From: a phage
DNA length: 64,000 nucleotides
Assembly (NCBI GenBank): GCA_024686575.1
Contig: GCA_024686575.1_4863.1
Direction: 5' to 3' (one strand)
Shown here: one piece after another, positions 9,433-19,183 of the stretch
Layout: each line of letters starts with the position of its first letter
Position numbering within the stretch: the stretch's first letter is position 1
The notes under the pieces: generated by a model
The model's database searches: none
What the model was told of the DNA's origin: nothing
What the model saw: the letters and a program-made list of their open reading frames with translations, nothing else
Made by a program: the position numbers and the translations under genes

Positions 9433-9440
9433 GCACACAT

Positions 9441-10238
9441 TTACATCAAATCCAGGCTCTGTGAGACCGCAACTTCCGGTTCACTGATACCGCTGGTCAC
9501 TGACAATGTAAAGCGACGATCGTTAATCACTTCAACTGCTTCGCTCGCACGCAGTGAATACTTGTCGGCGATTGGCAGTACACTGTTATCGTTCTGCGGC
9601 GGCAGAATCTGTGCCGGGAACGGAATGTACGAGTTGAAAGTGATATACGGACCGACCTGCATCATCGGGAACACTTCGTTCACGTTATTTGACATCCCTT
9701 CATCCGAAGAGATAACGGAGTGACGCAGACAGGCACGCAGGCCAACGGTGTACTCCGGATCGCGCGATTCGCCGATCAGTGCGAAACGGAACACATTGAA
9801 ATCGTAGTCGTCTGCAGCGAAGTGTTCTGGCAGGATACGCTGTACGTATTCAGGGTAAGTGGTCACGTCACCCGGAATAACATTCACGGCGAGTTTCTGT
9901 GCCAGGAAATACGCATTCGCGAAACCATACTGACCCGCCAGCGCGGCTGAAATCGGTGCAGTGGTTACGCAGTGCAGGAACAAGTGATAACCCAGCCCGC
10001 CTTTATCTTCGATTGCCAGGTCCTTCTTACTCTGCACACCGTCAGCAGTATAAATAACTGCCACTGTCTTATCCAACGTCGACGCCATGACAAAATCCAA
10101 CTGCACCTCACCGCTCTGCGGTAGTACCTTAACCAGACGATCCCAGAGCTTGGTCGGTTTGGTGAAGTTAGCGGCTTCGTACGCATCAATGTCGAGAACA
10201 GTTTGGCCGGTCATGCGAAAGGTGTGAATCGCTTTCAT
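9441..10238 (-). CDS. hypothetical protein
   Basis: 265-aa ORF; terminator hairpin 9411-9432 just downstream. Confidence 0.55.
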   Translation of the reverse strand: MKAIHTFRMTGQTVLDIDAYEAANFTKPTKLWDRLVKVLPQSGEVQLDFVMASTLDKTVAVIYTADGVQSKKDLAIEDKGGLGYHLFLHCVTTAPISAALAGQYGFANAYFLAQKLAVNVIPGDVTTYPEYVQRILPEHFAADDYDFNVFRFALIGESRDPEYTVGLRACLRHSVISSDEGMSNNVNEVFPMMQVGPYITFNSYIPFPAQILPPQNDNSVLPIADKYSLRASEAVEVINDRRFTLSVTSGISEPEVAVSQSLDLM

Positions 10239-10281
10239 TGCAATATTTTCCTTAAGGTTACTTACGGGTCATACTAGATGA

Positions 10282-11595
10282 CTAAGCTGTAAATTTTTCA
10301 TCTTTGAGCCAAAGACTCAGTTGTGATTGGGTGTTATAGCGTCCTGATGCCATCGTTTGACCATCGACAGCGGACTGGAACACTTCACCCACCAACGTGC
10401 CGTAGCGGGTATAGACCCCATACTCGTTGGCAAAAACGTATTTTACTGGCATACCGGGATATAGGATGCCGTGCGTTGAACGGTTCCAGGTTGTTTGCAC
10501 AATCGTACCCAGACCCATCTCCAGTTTAGACCGCTGCGGTTTATCGGTATCACTAAAGTGTTTATCAGGATCGATTGGTGCGTTAACCACGCCGCCTGGA
10601 TACGCAGCAGGGTCGGCCTGCGCCACAAACTTATCAGGTGTGGTCATACTGATGTCGCCAGGCGTAAATGAACTACTACGCCCATCCAACACACGTACAG
10701 ACCCTACCCTGTAACCCGTACCGTGGTTAAGCGCGGCCTGGTCACGGTATTCCAAACTACTGGTGTCGCCGCCACAAATCAGATAGATAACATTACCCGC
10801 GATATCGGTGGTGCGGTCAATGTGAGCAGCCTGTTCACGAGGCAGATTATAGATGACCAGTTTAGGCTTCGTTGTGTTATTAAACTTCAACGAGTCCCAG
10901 GGCCGATACAGATACCAGCGCTGCAAGTATTGGAAGACCCCAATACCTTTGCTGTAAACACCGTAATGGTTCTGCAGATAATCAAACACGCTTAAGAAGT
11001 CTTCGGAGTCCGGTATAACGATATCACGATATGCCTGCTGTTCTTCCTCGTCGTATTCAATTCCTTTCAACTGCCCCTCTGCAGCCACCCCGTCCGGCAA
11101 CGTATCCGCCAGTATCGAGCGTGCCACTGTTAACCCATCGGTTTCGTGGTAGATACCGCCCACTTGACGGTTACGCAGGAACCACATCGACTCATCCATC
11201 AGCTCCAATGTTACCAAAGCGATAGATTTCTCATCAGACTGACTCAAGAACATCGTCGGTGTTTCCGCGTTGTGGTCGCGGTTATTTATCACGATGCCGC
11301 GGTAGTTAAAGACCCCCGCGATTTTCTGTCCACGACGCAATAACAGCTTTACCTTCAAATCCCCTTCTGCGGACGATGTGATCATTCGCATGTGGCTGTA
11401 GGGTATAGCCAAGGTGAGATGTGTCAATAAACAGATATCGCGCGTAAAGTGACCCGTGTGGATGATAGACAGCATCTTCAACACCGTCACTGGGGCACCG
11501 TGCACCGTGAGGAATATCCCGTAGTCGATAGCCGGTAACCCCCGAGCATTAGCGATGTGACCGTTCGCCATCTGTTGTAACCGACCAAACGACAT
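10282..11595 (-). CDS. hypothetical protein
   Basis: 437-aa ORF, overlaps the stop of the upstream gene at 11595. Confidence 0.55.
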   Translation of the reverse strand: MSFGRLQQMANGHIANARGLPAIDYGIFLTVHGAPVTVLKMLSIIHTGHFTRDICLLTHLTLAIPYSHMRMITSSAEGDLKVKLLLRRGQKIAGVFNYRGIVINNRDHNAETPTMFLSQSDEKSIALVTLELMDESMWFLRNRQVGGIYHETDGLTVARSILADTLPDGVAAEGQLKGIEYDEEEQQAYRDIVIPDSEDFLSVFDYLQNHYGVYSKGIGVFQYLQRWYLYRPWDSLKFNNTTKPKLVIYNLPREQAAHIDRTTDIAGNVIYLICGGDTSSLEYRDQAALNHGTGYRVGSVRVLDGRSSSFTPGDISMTTPDKFVAQADPAAYPGGVVNAPIDPDKHFSDTDKPQRSKLEMGLGTIVQTTWNRSTHGILYPGMPVKYVFANEYGVYTRYGTLVGEVFQSAVDGQTMASGRYNTQSQLSLWLKDEKFTA

Positions 11596-12134
11596 TAGCG
11601 ACCTCCTCGGGCTCTATAAGCGTACTCAATACGTTTCATAATCGTATCATTAAAACGGTGGAGTTTAGACTCCAGGCGGACCTGCCCAAATAACGACTGA
11701 ACACAGTCCGCCATCGTTGCCGTGGGTTTCTTGAAATACCCGTAGCGGTTAGCCACAGGAAACAGTTTCGAAGCCAGCACATTGAACTGACGCAACCCTT
11801 CGATAGGGACTTCCCGGTAAATCAGCGTCGGGTTCTCCAGATAGTTCAGCCAGTCCGCAAGGTGTTCCATAATCCACCCGTACACTTTAATCCCGTCATG
11901 CGGGTCGTGTACATCTAACGCACCACCGGTCGCTAAATACTCAGCAGCTTCTGAGGGGTGCAGATAGATAGGCTTCATGTTCAGTAACAACGCTTGTCGT
12001 TTCTTCGGGTCTTCTGGCAAGAACAATCCGTGTTCCTGACTGGCGTAGGTTGTGATGGTTGCGTATTCCGGTACCCGGAAGAACACCCACGCTTTAAACA
12101 GCATAAATGCTGCACTGCGCTTCTTCTCCGACAT
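11595..12134 (-). CDS. hypothetical protein
   Basis: 179-aa ORF in a tightly packed minus-strand run. Confidence 0.5.
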   Translation of the reverse strand: MSEKKRSAAFMLFKAWVFFRVPEYATITTYASQEHGLFLPEDPKKRQALLLNMKPIYLHPSEAAEYLATGGALDVHDPHDGIKVYGWIMEHLADWLNYLENPTLIYREVPIEGLRQFNVLASKLFPVANRYGYFKKPTATMADCVQSLFGQVRLESKLHRFNDTIMKRIEYAYRARGGR

Positions 12135-12136
12135 TA

Positions 12137-13492
12137 CTACCTCGCGTATTTCAAAATCACGTAGACCATCGGGACGTAATAGAACTGACTGTCCTTCGGT
12201 AAAGCCAGCACCAATTCTGCTAAACGCGCAGCCACTTCACTAGGTACCGGTTGTTTGTTCAGATACAGGTACAAACAATGCTCCAGAACCGAGCTGTACG
12301 AGCCGCTATAGAACGTTTCGCTTAACAGGTAGGGTTTATACGTCAACGGCAGAAAAGCCACCATATCCTCGCCTGCGTTGCCCTGATACTCAGGGAACAT
12401 AACCGGTTCGAATGCTTCGAACTCTGGCCACTCCCCATCGTACGTTGCCAACTGACGAATCTGTGATGTAAAGAAGCGCGTTGAACTGAACTGTGACCAC
12501 GCGATGGTGTTGCGGGTCTGCATCGTTCTGAAAGTGCGCGGGTTAACTGCGCTGCATTCTTTCTCGACGTACGGTAGTAGTCCTGGCTGTTGATTTAACA
12601 ACACCGTGAACAGCGTTTCGATATCTTGCACAGGTTTCGGCGGGTGTGGGTAAATACGGATATCTTTACCAACGGTTCGAAGGCCGATAGCCTTCACAAA
12701 CATCGCCAAGAAGACGTCGTAGTAGCCACCTGCCTTTAACCCGTCGAGTTTCCAGTCGCGTGGATAAGCAAGGGTTTCTAAACTGGTATCGTAGAAACGG
12801 CGAACAAACGTCGTCTCAATGTCCTTAATGCGGTCTCCCAGCTCCAGGAACGTACGATACTCGTTGGGGGTCAGTAAGGTATCACCACCGGTCCACGCGC
12901 GCTCACGGACGTAATGGAGCGTTCTCACAGTGCACAGACGAATCGTCTCTGCAATCTGCGGTGTAATCTCGTACAACATCGTGTAACGTATCTGGTACGT
13001 TGCAATTTTGTTGTTCGACATTCGGGTAACGGCAGTGATGTTAAACAGTCCGTGTCGATGGTCGCCTATCGGCGCAACAAAGAAGTCACCCTCGTTCGGT
13101 GTAATCGATGCTACCAGGGTCGACGTCCCGGTCAGTTCGAAAGTCTTACGTTGTTCGTCCTGCGTACGGTCGAGCGGTGCGTTAACACGTAATGACAGAT
13201 TAACAATCTTAAGCAGCTGTTGCGTAGGGCTGTCATTCTGAGTATCGAACATCGTCTTCGGATCGTTGCGACCCGACAACGCGTGATAAAAATCAACCGG
13301 CCATTCAGAACCTTCGTTGTATTGCAGGAGATACTGTTTCGGAATCCTGTCGAAGTCCGTTACCGTGGTGCGGGTTGGAATCGTTACCAAGTTGCTGGCT
13401 TCTTTTACCCCGTCCTGCGGTTTATTGATAATCGGAATCTCAGGTTCAACAGGAACGAATTTAGTATCACCCCTCTTGTTCGCCTTGAGCAT
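12137..13492 (-). CDS. hypothetical protein
   Basis: 451-aa ORF. Confidence 0.55.
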   Translation of the reverse strand: MLKANKRGDTKFVPVEPEIPIINKPQDGVKEASNLVTIPTRTTVTDFDRIPKQYLLQYNEGSEWPVDFYHALSGRNDPKTMFDTQNDSPTQQLLKIVNLSLRVNAPLDRTQDEQRKTFELTGTSTLVASITPNEGDFFVAPIGDHRHGLFNITAVTRMSNNKIATYQIRYTMLYEITPQIAETIRLCTVRTLHYVRERAWTGGDTLLTPNEYRTFLELGDRIKDIETTFVRRFYDTSLETLAYPRDWKLDGLKAGGYYDVFLAMFVKAIGLRTVGKDIRIYPHPPKPVQDIETLFTVLLNQQPGLLPYVEKECSAVNPRTFRTMQTRNTIAWSQFSSTRFFTSQIRQLATYDGEWPEFEAFEPVMFPEYQGNAGEDMVAFLPLTYKPYLLSETFYSGSYSSVLEHCLYLYLNKQPVPSEVAARLAELVLALPKDSQFYYVPMVYVILKYAR

Positions 13493-14969
13493 TATCGGCT
13501 CCTCTGATGGCTATAATCGTGGTATTAAATTGCGTCAACAGGACACGGCGATAGAACTTCGTGATTTCACCAATCACACTTGGTGGTAACACAGGTTTAT
13601 CCCACCACCAATCCGGGCAATCCCAATCTGGGAATAACCACTCAATAAGCACTTTTGCCGCTTTTGGATAAAGATGCAGTGGCCATAAGTCCATATTACG
13701 CCAGTCGTGTATTGCCGACTCTGTTAAGTAGTACGCTTTCTCGACATGAACTTCACGGTTACGTAGCGAGAAGACGCCGTTTTCCCAATGGTAGAAACGT
13801 GGTTCAATGATTTGACCGTTCTCGAACAATTCCATACGGATAATGCCCGTCTGACCTGTCGGGTCTATCGTGCGACAGTGCTCGATATAAGGAACCACGT
13901 CGGCATTCCAGACATACGGTAAATCATCGATACTACAAACCTCAGGGTCGATCATGTTTTCTTCACCGAAGGCTACATCGGTGCCGAACACATGCAGAAG
14001 CTTTGCTTTTAGCGGCGAGTGTGTACGTTCGAACTGTTCTGTCGGTGACAGCAGATACGGTAGGCGTAAGAACTGGCGAGATTCATTAATCCACCAAGTG
14101 CCGTCGAGGTTCTTTTGCTGTTGGTGACGTTGCACACCCTCTTCATTACTCACAAACGGTGGGTCTATCTCAGGCCACCATTCATCGGGCAACGGTGTCT
14201 GGTTGATGATGTACGGGTAGGTAATCACCACCTCTTCGGGTCGCTGATACGAGAAGCGTATAACGAAGCTGGTCTCGTAATGGTTTTCGTCGTTATCCCA
14301 GGTAGGAGAGATAACATCGTAAACCGTCTCGATACGGGTTGGTGCATAACGCACCGCTAAGACATTCTGGCCACCGGCGACATTGCCTGTGGTGAAAACG
14401 TCGGGTGTGAAATGTGCCTTTAGATAGGCTTTAAAGTCATCGTATTTCGGCACACGGGTCCCTGCGGCAATATAGCATTCGTTCAATAGCTTAAGCGCAG
14501 GCTTTGGAATCAGGTAGTACGCTTCGGATTCCGTCATGGTCGAATAGCGACCCATGTCGATAAGTGAATCCAAGCGGTTTGCCCAACGTAACAATTCGTC
14601 ACGCGATGGGCCGACACGCCGTAGCGTGATGGTCACGTTATACATTACGCGGACAGGAGCAGCGCGTACTTGGTCTTCGGGGTTATGGAAGAATGGAATC
14701 TCTGCCGCTAACCCAACTTGACGGTTAATGCGTGCACGTTCATCACGTTCTTCTTCCACTTCGACGTAGACACGGTTCGGTGCTGAATAGTCCACCGGTG
14801 TCTCATCGCCGAGCGTAGAGCCTGGCTGATGGGCGGTGTTGAAGCTATCCGTGAAAACAACACTGGCACGTTCAATACCAGATTCGTTTAGCACACGTTC
14901 TACGACGCCGTCGACCACAGCTTTGCGCATGGTCTTGTCCAACGATGGAATTTCAAAATACTGTTGCAT
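13467..14969 (-). CDS. hypothetical protein
   Basis: 500-aa ORF, ATG start with GAGGGA upstream. Confidence 0.55.
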   Translation of the reverse strand: MQQYFEIPSLDKTMRKAVVDGVVERVLNESGIERASVVFTDSFNTAHQPGSTLGDETPVDYSAPNRVYVEVEEERDERARINRQVGLAAEIPFFHNPEDQVRAAPVRVMYNVTITLRRVGPSRDELLRWANRLDSLIDMGRYSTMTESEAYYLIPKPALKLLNECYIAAGTRVPKYDDFKAYLKAHFTPDVFTTGNVAGGQNVLAVRYAPTRIETVYDVISPTWDNDENHYETSFVIRFSYQRPEEVVITYPYIINQTPLPDEWWPEIDPPFVSNEEGVQRHQQQKNLDGTWWINESRQFLRLPYLLSPTEQFERTHSPLKAKLLHVFGTDVAFGEENMIDPEVCSIDDLPYVWNADVVPYIEHCRTIDPTGQTGIIRMELFENGQIIEPRFYHWENGVFSLRNREVHVEKAYYLTESAIHDWRNMDLWPLHLYPKAAKVLIEWLFPDWDCPDWWWDKPVLPPSVIGEITKFYRRVLLTQFNTTIIAIRGADNAQGEQEG

Positions 14970-15004
14970 TAGCTGTCCCTCGTTGTAGTCATATCACTGG
15001 CCTA

Positions 15005-15040
15005 AAACGCAAAAAAAAGAAAGGGAGCCGAAACTCCCTT
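15005..15040 (-). terminator. rho-independent terminator
   Basis: Hairpin AAGGGAG-CCGAAA-CTCCCTT preceded on the plus strand by an A-run (T-run on minus). Confidence 0.7.
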
Positions 15041-15046
15041 CGTGTT

Positions 15047-15376
15047 TTAGTGGGCCAGCCAAGCCAGCTGCCACTTCTTACATTTTATTCCGCTGTGTCC
15101 AACCGGATTGCGGATAATGTCCATCGTTTGCCCGACAACGAATTCAATCATCTTGTCTGATAACCTTTTACCCATCGCGATAGAGAGGGCTGTAATTTGA
15201 TCAGGGTCATCGATGTACGCATAGACCGGCTCATTACTGCCGAAGATAAGATAGAAGGAACCCTCGCACGCCACGATTGAGGTCAGTGGCACGATACACC
15301 CGGTATACTCTCTCGCCAGTTCAGCCGCATTTGGGGTTACTTCCATTACGTAACCTTTAACAGATTTCTTTTCCAC
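15047..15376 (-). CDS. hypothetical protein
   Basis: 109-aa ORF immediately downstream of the DHFR gene; terminator follows. Confidence 0.45.
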   Translation of the reverse strand: MEKKSVKGYVMEVTPNAAELAREYTGCIVPLTSIVACEGSFYLIFGSNEPVYAYIDDPDQITALSIAMGKRLSDKMIEFVVGQTMDIIRNPVGHSGIKCKKWQLAWLAH

Positions 15377-15377
15377 T

Positions 15378-15929
15378 TTAAACTCCAGCGATACGATTTA
15401 AAATTTGATACGTCCAACGGTGCGTGTGTTTCTGGCCGTCGGGTAAATGAGTCATGGTGTAGTCGACTTGAAAAACATCTCTGTCGATTTCTGGGAAGAA
15501 TGCATCTGCACCTTCAACAGCAATGTCAATACGCGATAGATAAATACGATCCGCACGAGCGAGGGTTTGTTGATAAACTGATGCGCCGCCAATAATCATC
15601 ACCTCTTGCTCTTTTCCGGTATCTTTCTCGATACGTTCCAGAGCCTTGATGGCTAAATCAATACTCGTGTGAAACGTCACCAAACGCATGTCGGTGTGTT
15701 CTTCCCGGCCATTGATGTACCCTTCTGGGTTACGAGTAACAATTAAGTTACCGCGGTTAGGCAAAGGACGACAACCTAACGATTCCCAGGTCTTACTACC
15801 CATGATAACGTTCTTCCCTGTGGTAATTGCCTTAAAGTTAGCCAGGTCGGCAGGCAGACGCCACGGCAGTTCATTGTTTTTACCGATGGCGTTGTTGCGG
15901 TCCATCGCGACGATAATAGAGAGTTTCAC
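15378..15929 (-). CDS. folA: dihydrofolate reductase
   Basis: Translation aligns by eye with bacterial DHFR along its length: IIVAMDRNNAIGKNNELPWRLPADLANFK, TTGKNVIMGSKTWESLG, LPNRGNLIVTR, MIIGGASVYQQ, IDIAVEGADAFFPE (compare E. coli FolA [75 protein letters not shown]). Start is GTG with AGGAG at 6-nt spacing. Confidence 0.85.
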   Translation of the reverse strand: MKLSIIVAMDRNNAIGKNNELPWRLPADLANFKAITTGKNVIMGSKTWESLGCRPLPNRGNLIVTRNPEGYINGREEHTDMRLVTFHTSIDLAIKALERIEKDTGKEQEVMIIGGASVYQQTLARADRIYLSRIDIAVEGADAFFPEIDRDVFQVDYTMTHLPDGQKHTHRWTYQILNRIAGV

Positions 15930-16300
15930 GGTTTGCTCCTACGGGCTTTAGATAATTCTTTCATTGCGTGGCGTAAATGGCGACTAAATTCAAGACGGCT
16001 ATACGAGAATGTCACCGGATAGTCCAGAATCACCGACAGTGATACCGTTCTGGCATCCACTTCGACCAACAGACTGTTCGTACAGCAACCTGCAAACATC
16101 CCACTACCAACCAACGGCCTCTTAAGCCTAATAGTTAGCGTACCAAGCCATTCCCTGTCGCCGAGCAGCAACAAGGCCTCTGCCAGGTCTTCTTCAACTA
16201 CCGCTAGACAGTATTCGTCATCTCGTACACGGAGGCGAATCTGCGGTTCTACGTTTGCGATTTCTGGCGTCATCTCAAATTTAAATTTATCGGTCATCAA
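15926..16300 (-). CDS. hypothetical protein
   Basis: 124-aa ORF overlapping the DHFR start by 4 nt. Confidence 0.45.
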   Translation of the reverse strand: MMTDKFKFEMTPEIANVEPQIRLRVRDDEYCLAVVEEDLAEALLLLGDREWLGTLTIRLKRPLVGSGMFAGCCTNSLLVEVDARTVSLSVILDYPVTFSYSRLEFSRHLRHAMKELSKARRSKP

Positions 16301-16344
16301 ACAATCCCAAAAAAGAAGGTGGCATGTTAGGCCACCTTATTAAA

Positions 16345-16890
16345 TCATTGAACCATACGCTGCGCGTCGTAAGACGGTGCGAGGTTCACAACACGACCAT
16401 GTAGAGTTTGCTCTGCTTCGTCTAACAGGTCATCGCGTACGAGCGTCTGGCGAATGTAAAGCGTTGCACGTATCCCCTCAGCGCTGTAAGGCGCGGTGAC
16501 CATTTTGGTCTGGTAACCATCAATCGTCACCGGAACACGCTCACCGTTACGACGAACAAAATGCTCCAACTTACCGTAATCGTGACTACAGACTTTAGAC
16601 ATGTCGGACAATCCCGCATCGATTAAGTATTTCCAAAGACCGATGATGCTCTCCGAGCAATGTTTGTTAAGTTCACCTTCGACGACAAACTCGTACCCAC
16701 CGTACGTTAGAATGTGCGTGCCTGCTGCACGACGATCACATTCTAAAATGAATACGCCCAGACCAATCATAACTGGACGCGGGATTGTCATGACACTGGT
16801 ACTAAATTGCAGCGTAGTAACCTCATCCCAAAGGGGCGATGATTTATCGTTACTTACGCTAATAATATCTTTAAGATTGACACGTTTCAT
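16345..16890 (-). CDS. hypothetical protein
   Basis: 181-aa ORF. Confidence 0.5.
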   Translation of the reverse strand: MKRVNLKDIISVSNDKSSPLWDEVTTLQFSTSVMTIPRPVMIGLGVFILECDRRAAGTHILTYGGYEFVVEGELNKHCSESIIGLWKYLIDAGLSDMSKVCSHDYGKLEHFVRRNGERVPVTIDGYQTKMVTAPYSAEGIRATLYIRQTLVRDDLLDEAEQTLHGRVVNLAPSYDAQRMVQ

Positions 16891-16948
16891 TATAAATACT
16901 CCTTAAGATTAATGGTCGATTACATACGGTTTCAGGCTAACGTAATAT

Positions 16949-17710
16949 TTACGCTGCTGGTTCTTCAGCGGTTTTCACTTCAACTGGTTTCATCAGCGAG
17001 TTCGCACAGTCGAAGATAGCATCCAGGAAACCACGGAACGGCTTCATGGCTTCACGCTGGGCGTTCTGACGTTCTTCTTCAATTGCTTCTTCTTGCGCCT
17101 GAATTTCTTCAGCAGTCAGCTCCGGGTGTTCCGTCATGCTTTCTGCCAGGGTCATCACTTTCGGCTGCGCATTCCGAATCGGAATACGGCGGATGACCTT
17201 GGTGATATTCCCGAGCTTCATGCCACCCAGCGCGGTTTCGAACAGCGTACCGAAATCTTGCAGTGGGTCTTCGCTGATTTCCAGTACCGCCGGAGTCGCA
17301 ACCAGACCAAAGGCAATGACCAATTCAACAGCAGTGTCGGTGACGTGCACAGCGAACGGGGTGTCTTCCATCTGCAGGTAATTGTTACCATTATAGGTCA
17401 CCGGAATGAATTTGATTTCTTCCCCTTTCTTCAGGCGCAGTGTGTCGACTGCGGCTTTGTACTGAACTTCGTACAGTTCCGGTTTAACACCGTCAACGTT
17501 ATCCAGTGTAAAGAGCAGGTCGCCAACCGCCATACGGCGCGGCAGTTTGCGTTTGTTGATTTCGCGCAGCCAGACTTGTAAGCCGGTGAATTGAATTGGG
17601 GACAGTATAATTTTAAAGCCGTTGGTTGCTTGCAGGATAGCACCGTCGTCTTCGCTACGTTCGATAGAGCCATTAGCCAGAGTAAGCAGATTGATAGTTT
17701 TCATTTTCAT
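16949..17710 (-). CDS. hypothetical protein
   Basis: 253-aa ORF, ATG start with AAGGAA upstream; 26-mer motif 43 nt upstream. Confidence 0.5.
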   Translation of the reverse strand: MKMKTINLLTLANGSIERSEDDGAILQATNGFKIILSPIQFTGLQVWLREINKRKLPRRMAVGDLLFTLDNVDGVKPELYEVQYKAAVDTLRLKKGEEIKFIPVTYNGNNYLQMEDTPFAVHVTDTAVELVIAFGLVATPAVLEISEDPLQDFGTLFETALGGMKLGNITKVIRRIPIRNAQPKVMTLAESMTEHPELTAEEIQAQEEAIEEERQNAQREAMKPFRGFLDAIFDCANSLMKPVEVKTAEEPAA

Positions 17711-17752
17711 ATTCCTTAAGTGATAGTCGGTTAAAAGATTACCAATGCAATC

Positions 17753-17778
17753 TCACCTAGGTAATATATATCTGAAAT
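17753..17778 (-). promoter_or_regulatory. conserved 26-mer TCACCTAGGTAATATATATCTGAAAT, copy 2
   Basis: 43 nt upstream of the start at 17710. Confidence 0.5.
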
Positions 17779-17795
17779 CTTTTCTAATCTGAGAC

Positions 17796-17835
17796 AAAAA
17801 AAGAAAGGGTAAATCCCCCACCGAAGTGGGGGATT
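17796..17835 (-). terminator. rho-independent terminator
   Basis: Hairpin AATCCCCCAC-CGAA-GTGGGGGATT with a minus-strand T-run; downstream of paralog A. Confidence 0.7.
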
Positions 17836-17846
17836 CGCCAGTCTAA

Positions 17847-19106
17847 TTACTTAGACTTTTCGTACGCACCGATACCGGCGCTGATGTAGCCGTTAACGCC
17901 GGCGATCAGGTTTTTCTGGCCAGTTGCAACGCAACGTTCGGTCCAGGAGATGTACTGGTTCGCAACGGTGATTGCACGACGTGCAACACGGACGTTGGAA
18001 GTCAGTTCAGCGTTGTCGTCGATCTTCACGCCGTCGATACGTTTCAGCAGCGCCTCAATAGCCCGCTCGTACGATTCTTGAGCCTGGTTATTTTTGTGGT
18101 ACGCTTTCACGTTCTCTTCGACTGCTTTACCCAGCTGGTTGAAGAACGCAACCAGAGAAGACAGCGTCTGAGCAGACGGAGTAGAAACAGATTTTTCTAC
18201 GCTGCCTTCAGCATCGATAACGGTGAAGGAAGCTTCCAGGTCATCCCCGTTCACTTTCACGTCAGCTTTACCGATCTGGTTACCCAGCAGTTGAACTTCG
18301 CCCGCTTTGCCTGCAGTGGCTTTGTTAACCGCTGCTGCGAAGCCGCTGTTCAGTTTCCCGCCTTCAACTGCGCTGACCATGCTGGTTGCAGCTTTGACCA
18401 CTGCATCCTGCTCGCCGTAGATGCTGCCGATAGTAGACAGAACACCTTTCAGGACGTTGATGTCGTTACCGACGAACTTACCACCGGTGGTCAGGTTCTT
18501 AATGAACCCACCGCTAACGGTGTCTTTCTTCTGCTTGCCCAGACCACGCAGAGCCGCGTCATATTTCTTAGCGCGCGCCTGAATGGATTTACCCTGGTTG
18601 CTGAACTTGAGCCAGCGATCTTTGATTTTACGGCCTTGTTCTTTCAGCCAGTCGAAGATACGCTGCAGGAACGCTTTGATGTCGTCCCACAGTGATTCAC
18701 GAGCAACCTGACGGCGTTTACGTGCGCCGTAAGATTCCTGCGCAACGCTTACGCGGTGATCGAATGCCCAACGTTTACGGATAGATTCCTGCGCAACGTC
18801 CAGCTGCTCAGCAGCTTCGTCAGGCATATCTTCTTCCACTTCCATTGGCTCTTCGCCATCTTCGCCTTCGCCGTCAGCAGCGGCTTCAGCAGCATCAACT
18901 GCATCCAGCTGTGCATCAGTTTCGTCACCGTCTTCTGCCAGCACGTCTGCTTCTGCGTCCAGCTGGTCGATCGGTTTGGTGTCGTGCTCGATGTCAGCCA
19001 GAGTACCTTCCACGGACTCAGCCGGCAGCTCGATGCCATCTGGAACGACAGTGCCTGCGCCTTCGACAGATTCACGAGCGAGTTTACTTTTTACAAAGTT
19101 AGCCAT
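17847..19106 (-). CDS. paralog A of a tandem pair; candidate protease-processed head/internal protein
   Basis: 419 aa; N-terminus MANFVKSKLARESVE and C-terminus GYISAGIGAYEKSK shared with the adjacent gene; acidic Asp/Glu/Ala-rich N-terminal region with several A/S-x-E sites; terminator downstream. Confidence 0.6.
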   Translation of the reverse strand: MANFVKSKLARESVEGAGTVVPDGIELPAESVEGTLADIEHDTKPIDQLDAEADVLAEDGDETDAQLDAVDAAEAAADGEGEDGEEPMEVEEDMPDEAAEQLDVAQESIRKRWAFDHRVSVAQESYGARKRRQVARESLWDDIKAFLQRIFDWLKEQGRKIKDRWLKFSNQGKSIQARAKKYDAALRGLGKQKKDTVSGGFIKNLTTGGKFVGNDINVLKGVLSTIGSIYGEQDAVVKAATSMVSAVEGGKLNSGFAAAVNKATAGKAGEVQLLGNQIGKADVKVNGDDLEASFTVIDAEGSVEKSVSTPSAQTLSSLVAFFNQLGKAVEENVKAYHKNNQAQESYERAIEALLKRIDGVKIDDNAELTSNVRVARRAITVANQYISWTERCVATGQKNLIAGVNGYISAGIGAYEKSK

Positions 19107-19183
19107 CTTTTTCTATCCTCTAGGCGGTACGCCGTGTACCGCCATTAATGATTTGTCAACTGACGTTCAGTACGTAAAGCGGA

